A stretch of 64,000 bases of DNA. It comes from Yuukianura sp. NJ FZ-2021. Its lineage: Eukaryota. The position numbers and the translations under genes are program-made. Under the pieces are notes generated by a model that was given only the letters and a program-made list of their open reading frames with translations, did not search any database and was not told where the DNA came from. Shown here piece after piece: positions 1 to 16,800 of this stretch. How positions within the stretch are numbered: position 1 is the stretch's first letter; each line of letters begins with the position of its first letter. Location: positions 2,914,001-2,978,000 of the forward strand of contig CM102287.1 of assembly GCA_046563655.1 (NCBI GenBank). Reading direction: 5' to 3'.

Positions 1-2625
<2,625 letters not shown>

Positions 2626-2889
2626 ATAGGACACCAGCATCAAGTCAAAGGTCAAGTTCTAGTTCAGTAGTGTCCAGAGTTGTCTACGATGATGAAAATC
2701 AACACAAAGTGGAGATCTATCCTTCCAAACGTACAGTTACAGATTTAAGAACAAGAAAATCGTAATATTTTTGACAATTAAAAACGCCTACACAAAAGTC
2801 AAAAGAACGACAGAGCTTCACTTCTTTCTAGTATTTCTGTGATGTTTTTTAATTAATTGTCGGAATTCTGCAAGTTCATTGTTCAAGAA

Positions 2890-4020
2890 ATTTTTGGCAT
2901 TTTTTGCAAAGTAAGCGAAATGATGTTTTGCAATTACAACTAAGAAATGGCGAGAAAATTACAATTTTGTTTTGTTTTTAGAATTTTCTGATTCTAGGAA
3001 TTGTAAAGTGTAGCTTTGGATTTGGTAGAATTGAGATAGGGGATTGTACGGTGCGAAGAGGTGGATAGGAGAACTGCCTCTGCTTTGCTTTTGTATGGGA
3101 AGTCCGCCAGCGGGAAAAAGTTGAAGAAGGCGAGGAGCCTTTCTGCAGCGTACGATCCCCGCATAGCTCCGGACAGTTTCACAGCGGAACCTTTAACTTC
3201 CCCGTGTAAAATCTTTTCGAAAAAATTCAAAAATTCATAATAATTCAAAAATTCATATCTCAGCAACAGAATGCGCTGGAGTGAAAATCTCTTCACAACT
3301 AAATTCCGAATCACCTAAAGTATTTTTTTTAAATTCTAAAAATTAAAAAACTACCAAAAAGTTGCCAATCGATTTTTGAAAAAAATGCATGGTTATAATA
3401 GTCCGTGTTTTTTTTTTATTTCATTTCATGAAACTTACCAGTAACTCCTTCCGTTTATAGATAAAAAAGAAAATTCGCATTTTTTGAAGACAGGGACAAG
3501 GGTAGTCTGAGAGTGCGGACATCCGGAAAAAACAAAAAAGGCGCCAGGTGTAGTTCGGGAGTGCGAACCTTTGGCGGAACAGCAAAACGCAAAAAAGAGT
3601 TACCAGTTACTCCTTTCCTTTCTAGATAAAAGGAAAATTCGCATTTTTTGCAAAAACAGAAAAGGGTCGGGGATAGTTTCGGAGTGCGGACATCCGGAGT
3701 AGACAAAGAAGCGCCAGATGTAGTTCTGGAGTGCGGACCTCCGGCGGAACAACAAAATGCAAAAAAGAGTTACCTGTTACTCCTTTCGTTTCCATATAAA
3801 AGGAAACCGCACCAAATTGTTGTCATTCACTCTCGTCTTGGTCCTGGAAGGGGGCGGTTCCCATTTTCCAACTCCAAAAGAGTAGGATTCCGTAGAATCT
3901 TACTCCTCCAAAGAGTAACCAGTAACTCCTTCCTTTTTCATATAAAAGCGAAGCTCCCCAAATTATTCCCGTTCAATCTCGTTTTTGTCATGGAAGGGAA
4001 CAGAACGGTTTCATTTTGGA
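2890..4020. repeat. Dispersed unclassified repeat, copy 1 (about 1.1 kb, internal tandem units of about 165 bp; ends approximate)
   Basis: Clearly homologous by eye to 36745-37220 and 38606-39025. Recurrent AAAAGAGTTACCAGTTACTCCTT-like motif. Tandem units at about 3435-3600 and 3600-3770. Confidence 0.8.
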
Positions 4021-4326
4021 AAATAAAAATCTTAGGCTGATCTCCTTACTTAATGTAATTATTAATTATTATTAATAATTAGACTAATTCTACGATTAGT
4101 GAAGAAACGACACAGCTTTCTAAAACATTCGGAAAACTTTTCAAATGCAAATCTAAAGTCGTCATTTATTCAAAGAAATGCTTCTAGAAAACAGAATTAA
4201 TTTAACACCTTAAAACCTCGTAATTAGTCAATTAATTTAAACTTTATATTAAACAATGAAGCCAACAGTTTCTTGTTCAATTCTATTCAACATTTTTAAA
4301 AAACAATCTGAGAATTCTAAAACTTT

Positions 4327-7300
4327 TTACATTCCAAATGCAAAGAACTTTGGAATGTTAACTTTTCTCGTTCTGGTGGCTGAAAGCGATGCTGGGGTCA
4401 CAGGGAAAATAGGCTTCTGTTTCTTTGGCTCAATCGCTTCAGCAGCATCAGCGTCATCAACTTGTTCTGGTTCTGCAGTGTCATCTTCTTGTGAAAGTTG
4501 AAGCGATTCAGCGCCTGTACATTATCCAAAATATCATTATCAAACAATTATTTAAAAAGTTGAGCTGGAAAGGTCCAAGCGACAGGAAAGAGAAAAAACC
4601 GAACCTTTGGAGAGAATTATAGAAAGCTTTCCGAAAAATCATCGAAAGTCGCAAAGAGTTTGCTCAGTCTTTGCATTTGTCACCTCTCGTGGACTTTCTG
4701 GAGGCCGTTGACCCGGACCGTGTCACCCTACGGTCATCGTCACCCTCTTCGTCATCTTCTACATCAATAACATCAGCTGATGCTGGTTGATGCTGCGGCA
4801 GCATATCGCTTCGTCGAGTTTTCCTTCTTTCCACTTTCTGTGCCGGTAATGGTGTAAGTGACGCTGAACTTTGTGCCTTTGTTTCTTCAGTTCCACTTGC
4901 TCTGCGGGTATGACGCTTTTCAGTACTTGTGGTCCCACTGCTTCCGCTTCCACTACTTGCTTTTGGTGAAATCGCAGGAACTGGACGAGTTTTCTTGGCA
5001 ACTACTGGCAGTATCGGATCATCCAGCACTTCCACTTCGTCTTCCGGAGATGATGGGTAGGTGTATGTTTGACGTTTTGAATTTCGGCGCGTTCTTCTTC
5101 CAGTGTCGGGCGTTTCCGGCTGACTTTTTCTTGTTCGCAACTGTTTCGGCTCAATTTCTTCGATATCGGATGAAATTCGTCTACTTTTCTTGGCGCTACT
5201 GACAGAAACTGAAACCGGAACTTCATCTTCCGAAGATTCGTAGAGAGAAGACTGCCGACTTCGTTTAGACAATCTGCCAGTACTGGCAGTACTTTTTGTT
5301 CCAGTTTCTTCATCTTCTGAAGATTCAATTCTCGTACTTTGTTTCCCGGGCGTTTTCTTGACCGGTTTGACTTGATCTTCCTCATCATCCGAGCTGTCCA
5401 GCACAAACGCTGCCGACTTCCGTTTCGTTCTTCTTGGACTTCTCATCGCCGATTGTTCAGTTCCTACCGACGAATCTTCCAGTATTCTCAACGTCTCTTC
5501 TTTTTTTCCTTTGTACTTGGCAGTACTTTCTTCTTCCAGCGTTCGTTTAGCTTTTTTCGATACCGGCACTGGCGGACAGTAGTCTTCATCTGATGAGCGG
5601 TGTCGTTGCTTCTTCGTGTCACTCTTTGGCTTACTTTTTATCAGTTTCGAAAGTGGAATGTCTTCATCTGAAATCTGAATTTCCTCTGCCACCTCTGAAA
5701 TTTTCTCATCCTTTTCAACACTTTTTTCAAAAAGTGTTTTAGTCGGAGATTTTTTTGAAGATGACGAAGTTTTTGCTTCTATTACAGTACTTTTATCAGT
5801 AACTGCTTTGGTTGGTGACTTCTTCGACGGCGAGGGTGAGGACAAAGGTGACACCGTGGAAGTAGACGACTTCGTCGTGTCCAGTTCCGTTTTTGGTGGT
5901 TCAGTTTTGATCTTGGCTGATTTGACCGGAGACATTGGAAAATCCACAGTACTTGCCTCTGAATCCCCATCATCGTCACCTTCTTGGAATGCTTCTCCAG
6001 CTTCAGTATCAGCGTCAGCGTCAGAATTAGTTGTGCTAGTTGTTTGAATGCTCTCCACTGGGACAACTGTAGCCAAAACTGGCAGTGTGTCTGAATTCGA
6101 TGTCGTAGGAGTAGGAGGAGCTTCTGGTGGCGGTGTCGGACTTGACGTCAATCTACTTGGTGACGAAGCTGATTTTGTCTGAGGAATCGAAATCCTAGGA
6201 ATTTTGACTTTCAGATTTTTAGCATTCTCCACTGCAATTTCGTTAGCAACAGAAATCGCTGATGCTGGTTTTGGACTTGATGTTTCTCTCACAATTGGTT
6301 CTTCAGTTGATGCTGCAAGTACGGGAGGTTTCTCAGCGATAATTTTAGTTGCCATTCTCACTGGAACAAGCGGAGGAAGATCTGAAGCCTCATCAGTTGG
6401 TCCATCAGCTGGCCATGGAACGAGTGACGCTTCTTGGACATAGCCAACTCCATCTCCATCTTCTTGGACACAAAGTCGAATTGGAATGCGATGATTCGGA
6501 GTATTTGCAGTTGGAATCAGCAACGGTGGACTTCGAAGTGCCGTTTCCTGTTTGACCACAAACGGCTCCGGAGTTGTTTTGACAGCCAATACTGGCTCGG
6601 GTGCTGGCGGAGGTGGAGGTGGAAGAGATTTGACAGCAAATACTTCTGACGATGACGAAGACGTCAACATTCTTGAAAACGACGCTGCAGTTGTCACTTG
6701 TGATGGAGTTGATAGCACAAGAGCCGCCATAGTTGTAGATGGTGGTGGTAGAGGTGTGTTTGGCGGTGGGAGTTTCGTCATTGATATCCACGGGGCTGGA
6801 GAAGTTATAGCCATGGAGCTAAACTTTCTAGGAGGATCTAGAGCTGTCACGGAAGTGGCAGTAGCGATTTCTTCTTTTTTCGGAAACGTTGGGCTGGACG
6901 TTCGAGGGCTGGTGGCTTCATTTCCAGAAGTTGAGGTGGAAGTAGCAGTACCAGGGCTGAAAGGCATTGGTAACGAAGCGTCATTGGAAGAAGAGCCTTG
7001 TTGTTCAAGAGACGCTGCCAGCGCCTCAGCAGCTTTTTCAGCTTTGGTTCTCCTAGGCTTCCGCGGTGGTTTTTCTCCTTTTGGCTTCGACACTCGAGGT
7101 TTTCTAGGCTTCTTTCCCTTCTGACCAGCTTCTAACTGTTGCAAATACTGGGCATTGTACTTCTCCAGTTGCGAGTAATATCTGAAAAGCACAACATCAA
7201 AATCATTCAGGTATTCCAAACTTTCGAAGTAAAAGTTCACGCTTCAATAGAACTTGAAAAAAAGTTCAACGGTGAAGAAGTTCATCTTTCAAATTCAAAA

Positions 7301-10300
7301 ATCAAAACTAGTGTCAACTTACTTGTGGTAACCCTCCACAGTTTCCATTGCAATTGCATGCTGAATCGCTGCGGCTTGACTCGCTACATGCGAATATGCT
7401 GCCGAGTATGCTCTCTGTAGATAGACATAAAACATTTTCAATTCATTTTGCAATTTTTCAAAAACTGCATAAAAAACTGTGTTTTTGAACAAATTCTTAC
7501 CGCAGCGTCCGGTCCAGGAGGAAAATACGGAGGATAAGATCCAAACATCGCCGAAGGTGACGGTATGAACCCTTGGTAGGGCGTGTAGGCTGGAAGTGGA
7601 AAGCCCGGAAGAGCCGCTGGAGAACCGAAACTTTGCTGGGGCTGGACACTTCGACCATCGCTGCTCGACGCTGATCCGCTGCTGTTTCTTCTCTTCGGTT
7701 GCTCATTGGTCGAATTTGGTTCACCCGTCTGATCTGAATGTTTTTGAGATGAAGCGTTGGAAGAAGATGCTAAAACAAAACAAACAGAAAAACTTTATAA
7801 CTAATCAACTAATTACTCAATTGTAATTAACATTTCAATCAACCTGTCTCATCAGTAGTTGAAAGTCTAGGCAGACTCAACTCGTCATCAAACTCATTTG
7901 AAATGGACTTCCGATGGTAACTTTTCCTCCGACTTTTCTTCTGTGTCTCTTCTTTCATCCTGTCATGACCGTTGGGCAACGTGGCCAATGTCAACCCAAG
8001 TCCTTCAAACTGCTCCCCGTTGACGCTTAGTTTCCGTTTTGATGTTGATGGCACCTCGACGCTGCTGGAACTGTCGTTTTTGATTATAATTGGAGGTAGG
8101 ATGGGAATGACGTTGGACTTGGCATCATATGACTCGTTCACAAAGATTGCAATTTCGTCCACAATGCACTTATCAACATAAGATTGTGTCACTAGAAGGT
8201 GCTTGCGGTGATAGCGACCGATCCGGAGATACTCATCAGCTGACTTGATCGCAACAATGTAGGCATGTTGCTGCAAATTACTCAAATCTTCTCGAAATTC
8301 TTCAATCAAAGGAATCCTAAAACAAAAACGCTGAATCACAAACTTAAAAAAAATTCCTTGAAACTTTGAAATTTTTTATTTCTTACGTGCAATTGGTTGC
8401 ACGATCTCCAACGACAAATAGAACGGGATGCTTCATTTGTAAAAGTGGATCGCTTCCTTCACCGTGACTTCCAGCGATTCCAAAAAGCGGAAACCCAAGA
8501 CACACCACTCCAGCCACTTTTTCAGTAAGCGATACTGTTGCAGCGATTATTGATCCAGTGCCCCATCCTACTAAATAAATCGGTCTATCTGGATACTGCG
8601 TCTTGAGGTCAGCCAGTTTCGCCTTGGATGAAATGATCATCTTTTCCGCAAGTTCATCTACAGACATGTACGGACTTGTCGAAATTTCTGGAGCCATCGT
8701 CACTGAAATTATCTGGAATCAAGAAAAATGAAAAATGAGACAACATTTTCAAAAATTTTAATAGTAATTTTCAGTAAACACGTTTTCCATTTCATGGTTT
8801 TGAACTTACTTTTCCAAGATTCGACAACATGCTGACGAAATGTTTGTGTCGACGGACATTCACGGCGTGTCCCCACGACGGTCCAGCAGGAACAAGCAAA
8901 AATACTGGACTGCACTTGAGCCTAATGCTTTTATGATGGTGAATTACAGATGAAAATGGATCCCATTGTCTTTTTATCAGAAGATGCAGCGCTTCAGCGT
9001 TAATGCTTTGTGTCAATTCTGCACGTTCCTGTGGTTTAGCCTCCCCAGTTTTGTCGGAAGGTGACTTCGATGCTGAAGATTCAGCAACATGAGATTTGCC
9101 ATGAGCCACTGTCGACAGCACAATCATCCGATCAACCAGAGCAGGAGCTTTTGATCTCAAAGTCTAAGAAAAACGAAGGAAGTGTGAAGTGGTAAACTGA
9201 TTGCTAGAAAACAACAAAAAATCATCGAACTTCTTTTTTTTTCTCTGACCTGCAAAACATCCAAGTAAATGGCGAGATAATGATGGCTGAGAGAATCGAC
9301 GAGAACACCGTGAAGCCACTGCGTTAGTTTTCCGTCCCATAATACTTCAACGAGAGCTTTGCGAACTCGATGTGCTGTCAAGTCCAACGAGTTTCGTCGC
9401 AACACAACTTCTCCAGCACTTCCTTTGTAGGCTAGTCGAGCAAAGTGTTCTGAATGAAGTGCTTTCATCACACTATTGAACAGATTTCCCTGAACTTTCG
9501 TCCAGCCAGTTCTAAAATACAAAACATAATGTGAAAACAACTCAAATTAATCAAAATGTTAAACTTAGTCCTTACTTGACAATCTGCTCCTCCCAATTGT
9601 CATCAACTTCCGTCGGACGAGCAAAGTTAACGTGAGTTTCACATTCGTTCATGGCTGTCGTTGCTTTTTCGAGGTCACAGTGTAGGTCAGGATCTGGATC
9701 AACAGTGACAACATCAACATCGATGTTTTCCTCCTCTCTGAAGTAATTGTACTTCCGAGGACTTGTTTGTAAGGATGAAGTAATCGGACCATCGTACATG
9801 GAAGTACGTCTGAAAATAAGCAATTGAGTAATTAGTTTAGGGTAATCAAGTTGATGTTAACGATGCGACATACTTTAGTAAGTTCTCCAATCGGGAAGGT
9901 CCTTGTTTCGGAGCATTTGGAGAGTTCAATTCATCATTTTCGTCGCGTTCTCGCAGTAGCAAGCATTTAATCGGTTTGAATCTGGACGGTGGCTCTTCTT
10001 TCACTACTTTGACAGTTTTCCGTGCTGGTGGTGGAGGTGGCGGAGGAAGTTGCGGCTCTATTCTGGGTTGGCAGTAGCTGTGATCCAACATAACAACTGC
10101 TGCTGCTTCGATATCCGCTGCTGTTGGTTTGTTATTGGTATGCTGAAAATATTCAAAATGTAAAGCATAAACAAGTTTTAGATTCCATTTTTGTAAAAGT
10201 GAATACATACTTTGGCGCTTCCTTTCCTTGGCTTTGGAGTAGTAAGTGAGGTTGAAGCTGGGACGACTTTGATGGAATACAAATGATTTGATGTCGTCGG

Positions 10301-10432
10301 TGGTCCTTTGATGACACGCACGGACGTTTCCATTGGAACTCCAGGAGCAAACGGTCGTTGTGACATGGTAGTTGTAACTGGAGGTGGTATAGGAGGAGGA
10401 GGCATCGTAGACGTCGATGGTGAAGAAATCAT
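4327..10432 (-). CDS. KANSL3: KAT8 regulatory NSL complex subunit 3 (Rcd1-like), multi-exon, with a very long low-complexity C-terminal exon; start codon tentative
   Basis: LDHSY motif; GWTKVQGNLFNSVMKALHSEHFARLAY; WDGKLTQWLHGVL; alpha/beta-hydrolase-like LVGWGTGS...VVCLGFP...HPVLFVVGD; YVDKCIVDEIAIFV. Exon about 7181-4684 is Ser/Pro/Lys rich. Last exon 4514-4327 ends TRTRKVNIPKFFAFGM*. Confidence 0.88.
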
Positions 10433-13400
10433 TTTGGAATCTTGAGCCTTCCAGTAAAAAATCTTCCTTACGGATCCAAAGATCCAATGATGCAAGTTTA
10501 GGACCAACTTCCTCTTTGCTCTTGATTGATATCCAGTCTGTCGAGATTCTGAAGCGATAGTTTCGAAGCGTTATACCTTATGATACTGCAAGCCCTGTGG
10601 AGCAACAACATTAAAAATTAGTTAATTATTAAGTATTTAACTAATCGTTGAACTGAAATCAACACTGCATAACAGGAAACATCGTAGAACTTACAAGAAC
10701 AACATCACAGGACACAGTTATGCTATGCACATCACATTCAATATCCAATTTTGGCTTACCATTCAGCTTTTAGTTTCTTCTTCCCTTGTCCTTGCTCCCT
10801 TCGTAATCCAGATTAAAATCTGATTAATTATTAGATAGAATTAATTAATCGTTAAAATTAAAAATCAAATTAAGAAGAGATTGTGGATTTTATTTTATTT
10901 TTTGTTGTTGTTTTTTGTTTTCTCAATTTTGAATTTTTTGCAAGAGCCTTTGGCGTTCCCGCCAATTTCTCCAATTTAATTTTTGTTTTCTCACTTTCCC
11001 CGTAGGATGGCAGTACAATCTCGAAAATTCTCATCAAGTGACGCCGCTGTCTTAAAAATTGGTAATGAAAATGATTCAACCCATTAATTTTTTTGCCAAT
11101 TTAAAGTGGCGAATTCCTGCTAACGTCAACTTTTAGCACAAGATGTTTACCAATTTCCCACAATTCCTTATAAAACTGAAACCAAGTGGCCATAAAAACC
11201 TGGAATTGAAACCTGAAAACGTTTGGATAATGAAAGTTTTATGGGAATTGACTAATGGGAAAGTTCTGCTAAAAAACTAGATTTTGATGAAATATTTCCT
11301 CAATTACACTCGCCTAATGCATGATATTTCATTTAGCAATTGATGATCAACTAACATTGTGACATTTCTTTTTTTTTTATATTGACCTGCAATTGAGATT
11401 TGGTCACTTGACAGGTCATATGACCTTCCTGTGATCAGCAAGTCACTGATTTAATTACTCATCATGAATTGAAGATCAGCAATTTTTTAGACTGCTTGCT
11501 GCACCTTCCACTGCGCGCAGATATAAATAAAAATCCAGAAATTCACTTTGTAAAACTCTGCTTAATATTTTGCTTGGTACGAAAAGGTCAAAAAATTCAA
11601 TTTGTCATTGAAGCGCGACACTAACGGTCGATTTTGAGGAGTCGTTGCTAAACCGTAGACTTCCGATCCGATGTACTCTAGCTTCCAAGGGAGCCCTTAA
11701 AGGGCTTCGTTTTTGGTTTTCAAGTTTTTCAACCTGTTTATACAGAGTCTTCTATGCCATTCGAAAAGTTTCACTGCTAACTTTGGTACTTTGGGACAGA
11801 ATTCCTGGAAGATCGTGACGAAGAATTAAACCACCCTTAATTCATCTCCAAAACAGGATGGTTCTAAGGAACCAGACGGTGGAAATTCAAGGAAAGGTAC
11901 CCTTAAGGCTCATATTTCAAAGCCCAAGGGCGTAGAGGGGGACTTGAAAGCAGCATTCCATTCTATTCTTCAGATTTCCATCTCTCATGTACTTGTGAAG
12001 ATCCAAACCCAGAATGCCCAACGACCAAACCTACAAGGTCTTTGTCTGTATGTGGAAAAATCGACAGGAAAACGAGCTTTTAAGCACGTAGCTTTGAATG
12101 TTATTTTTTTTTCTATGGGTTTTGTGCAATGTGCGTCGTAGTTGGTGAATGTTCTTGAAGCACTTAAGAACCAGCTACATAAGCGTTAAATCAACATCAA
12201 CGTTAAATTTATTTTCTAATGCGTCATAAAGATATGCGTCATTAATTTTTCCATGGGAGTTCTGTGGTGCATGAGTCTATTAACAGGAAAAGGCATAAGA
12301 ATTTAAGTGGGTTGAAAAATCAAAACGTTTTCGTAACGACAACTTCTTTTTTTCGTGATTTCGATATGACGCCGCACGATTTTTTTTGCGTCGACGCTTC
12401 AGAAAAAAGAGGACATGAAACGCAGTTAACACAATCTCCCTATCTGAGGTCACGTTAATGTGCAAATACGTTAATGTTCTTGGATTTTTCACTTAAATTC
12501 TAATTGACTGAACTACTGAAAATAATTTGGACTTTCAACGAAACCAAACCTACCTAATGTAAAAGTTGTTTTTCATCGAAAGATTCATCGTATCTTTGCA
12601 TTTTAGACTTGAATTCAAAGTTGAAATCTCTTTCTCATGCACTTTTGTAGGAGATTTGAGTGACCTTTTGACTTTTGGATTGGTATTGATACTTCAGTAG
12701 TCTGTGTACATCTACCAGTCGTTTCGATTAATGCTAACTTCTATCTTTCCTCTCTATGTTTATAACCACAATAAACTCATGGTCGTTTTTTCGTTTTTAG
12801 CTTGGCTTTTGAGGTCAGCCTCTTACATACAAAAGGAAGAGCTAAACCAAACTAACCAATAAATGAGGAGGGAAAATCAAACGGACGAAAGTTGTCTATG
12901 CTCTGTTGCCATCTGTTTTTCACGCGCGACAAAGTTGGAATTGACGTATCGCATAGAGGAAGCGTGAAAATTAACTTGTACCTCAGAAAGTGAAAAACAG
13001 TTACATGCATAAAACTAAAAAATAAATACAACTATGGTATAACTATGGTATGGTATATAAATGTAACTAGGTAGTAACAAGTAATGTTTAAAAATTAAAA
13101 TGAATAATGAAAACTGCGCAAAAGTATCGTAAAAATAAATACTAAACAAATATTATCTTCTCTAACGTTTCAGTTCATCTCTATCTGTTTTTCCATCACG
13201 ATTTGCAAACCCGGATATTCCTTATATTAATTTGAGATTTCATATTACCGTAACCACGTTCCTAGGAATTGTTGGAAAAATCCAGAATGTAAAATAAGAT
13301 AAAAAACGAAATAGAACATAGATTCGTGAATGCGTCGATTTCTAGTAGTAAATACGTGTCGTTGCTCATTCAAAGTCACATGAATGAGATAAAAAGATGA

Positions 13401-13862
13401 GAGTTCTAGGAATAATGTCATGACTAATCTTCGTGACAACTTAAAAACGTTTAACGGAAAAAAACGAAAAGTATCGATTTGGTTCATACCATATAGCCAG
13501 CATAGGAGGGTGTGTTCTTGAATCTGGCAACATAGGGCAGAGTTAATCGTCAATTCCCTTCGTTATCACCAAAAAAAACTTGTCTTCATCACACTCAACT
13601 TCCACTTTTTCGAAATATGGCGACTGTTCAGGAAAACTCGACTGCTGAAGTTTAAAAACAATTAATTAACGTTAGACATTTTTTTTTAGAATATACGTTT
13701 TAAAAAATCAGAAGTAGGCTTACCCAAGTGTCCTAATTGAAAAGGACTCATACCCTGAGTCTGAGACGAGACGGAACGGTTTCAGCTAAAAATTGTCGTC
13801 GACCCCAGGTCAACCAGGTCAATCACGATTTTTGGACGGGTTAAATTGATTTCAATTGAACT

Positions 13863-16800
13863 ATGACATCAATTTGCAGAGGTGAGTTTTTAATTAAGTT
13901 TGCACAGTAAGGAATAGTTTTATTTATTGGCGCATGTAAAAAAAAAAGTTAAGGGTACCATATCGATTGCGATTTTTCAACAAGGGAAGGTCAAATGCGT
14001 AATTTTTTCAAGTGACCTTGGAAATCGAAATTGGCAAATGTATGTCATGCGTTAAACTTTGAGTTTTGCGTAAAAGTTGAGAAATCTAAGCACTGGTTAA
14101 TTAGTTTTCTGATTTAATTGGTATCTAAAAACGTTGATTTAGTGTCTGAAAACGTTGATTTAGTATTGCAAAACGTTGATCAAGCGGGTAGTTCGCTAAT
14201 TGCGACATGGATCGATCGGGCCATGTAAGCATTGCACATGCGCGTAGTACTCACGCTTTTCAGTACTTCAGCATCGACATTCAATTTTAGCAAAGAATTG
14301 GCGAATGGTAAGCAATGTAAGGGAGTTTCTTACGTTTTTGGCAAGCTGTGGAGAGAATTTCAAATTGGCAAACCTTTCAAATTGTTCATCTGCGCCAAGT
14401 TTTTGGGAGACACTGCGTAAATGTAATTTACGTCAATGGCAACGCTACTTCCGGTAAAAAGTCTTACGGGAATGGGAACCTTTTCATTAGGGTGGAGTTT
14501 ACCATTTACCGTAAATTTAATCGTCGGTTTGGGACTCATCAGTTTGTCTATTATCACAGCATGGACATTCCAGCCACTCGACATCCACATCTTCTTGGCC
14601 TGGACTCCAGGATGAACGTCGGATTTACGAAAACAGCACATTTGGCAACGGTGACAGCGATTCGTACAACTACCGACCAGCAACCACATTCGGACAACTT
14701 ATATAAATTCTTTTTACAGCATCTTCCGGATTCGGATTGGATAATATCTTCAGATTTCTCATCCAGATCGTCATCATCATTCGCTTGAGACGAAGAAGAT
14801 GATGCTGGGAAGCATCGCATCGCTTCCGGGACTCAGGTTCCGGAAATAGCTATTTTGATGTGCACTGTAATTAATAAAGAATGATGATTTTTAGATTACT
14901 AATTAAGTTTAAGCTAAGTACGCAGTTCAAAACAGAGCTTTGGTTGCAGCATAATTAACTTGAGTATGTCGTGTGTTGTGTATTAATTCTTTGTTTATCT
15001 TCTTTTGTTGTGTTTCAGCCGGTTCATAATGGTCGAGGTCAAGAACCGGAATGGCGCAGGAGAACGGCAGAATCGCTGCGTCTCTGATTGCTGCCTTTTG
15101 TTTATAATGCGTTAAACATAATACTGGCAGCGATCATCGAGTGAGCATCGAGTACACAAAGCAAGTCAGTGGTGGATGGAGTCAATGAACAGTACTCTCC
15201 TCGCACTGACTTGCAGTACTCTGCTGCAGCACTGGAAAGATTCTGCATTTGCTCGCAAATAGTTTGGTCTCACGCAGTTACTGATGATGCCTCACATTCC
15301 AGTAAATTCTTTAAAATTACTTTTACTCTGCCAATTTCATCATCAAATCGCTTAAATTTCCAACACCAATCATAATTTCTCTTTCAGTAAATCGCAAAAC
15401 CTTCAAAAATTAGCGCAGATACGGAGTAAAACTAAGTTTTAGTTAATTGGTAACCTAATTAAGCTAACTTAACTATTCAATTAATGCGGTATTAGCCAAT
15501 ATTTTACTTAAAATTATGCATAATTACTTAAACTATATTAAACTATATGTATTTATTGAATTTTTGCTGCATCGAACCATTTTTGAAAGCTAAATCTTTA
15601 AATACAAAAGTTTCTAAACGTCAAAAGCTAAGTTGTAATTTATCGGTTTAACTTTTTCAACATGGTTCGGTGTAGTGTTCAAATTATGAAAAACATTTTT
15701 TTTAATTGAAATTTTGACGATTTTTGACCGTTGTACTTATAATTTTTTGGAAACGTTTCAGACGCGAGACCAGACGTTTCTTCGAAGATCAAGCGGGTTG
15801 GGCCATTTCTCTTGGGACCAAGCTTGGGTAACAATCTACCAGTGGAATGCTTCAAACAGCATTTGGCCAGACGGGAACTGACTCGAGACTACTACACTCT
15901 AAAGGTACTTAACTAATTAACATAGTTAATCAACTAATTAACATAGTTAAACTTAAATTAACAGTAATTTCTTGTTTTATATCCAGGTTCTGACATTACC
16001 GGAACATGATCCGACAGAACCGGAACCACTTCAGGAACAACAGGGCAGGATTTTGATTCACACGGAGTACAAAGTACTGAGACGACTCATCGGATGGAGC
16101 GGAGTGATCCAGTATCACGGATTTTTCAAAGTATGCTTCACTACACGTTGTCGACAATTTGTCGTTGTCCCCCACCTTCATCTGTCCACGATTTTATCTT
16201 TTGTGTTTCCCTCTTCGAACTCCTTAGGAAGTAAGTGATGAGCAGGTTGAAGTTGAAGGAAAGTTGAAGACCCAGAAAGTGACACAACTTTGTCTCCTGC
16301 TTGGACCGGAAGCCACTCCACACGACTACGACCATCGGGATTCACGGCGACGCACTCCTCTCACGAATCTCCAGTACTATGTGCTCAGAAACCAAAAACT
16401 TCCGGAACCTGTAGCGGTGACGATCTTCATAAACATTGTACAAATTGTTGAAAGACTGCATAGGGTAAGATTCGAGTCAAAACAGCTGATCGACAGGAAT
16501 CAAACTTCTAAGCGGATTTGACCTTTGGCTTTCGTTTCTTTAGGAAAACATTGTTCATCGTGATTTGAAACTGGGCAATTTTACGTTTAATGTGGAGACG
16601 ATGGAAGTACTGCTCTGCAATTTCGGATTGGCTAAGGAACTGGATTACGAAAATCAGCTGTTGAGGGATCAGCGTGGATCTCCCGCCTATATTTCACCGG
16701 AAGTCATTTCTGGGCATTCTTATCTCGGTGAGCGACGTAGATTGATCAGCTGATTCTTAAAGTTTTCGATTTGGTGTAACATTACAGTCTATGTAATGTC

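Noticed and set aside
2994..4040. ORFs within the dispersed repeat and the foldback (also 36885-38162)
   Set aside because: Short, not conserved between the two repeat copies, and without transposase motifs.
4759..7124. Multiple overlapping and antisense ORFs over the large KANSL3 exon
   Set aside because: Shadow ORFs of a low-complexity coding exon with no independent features.
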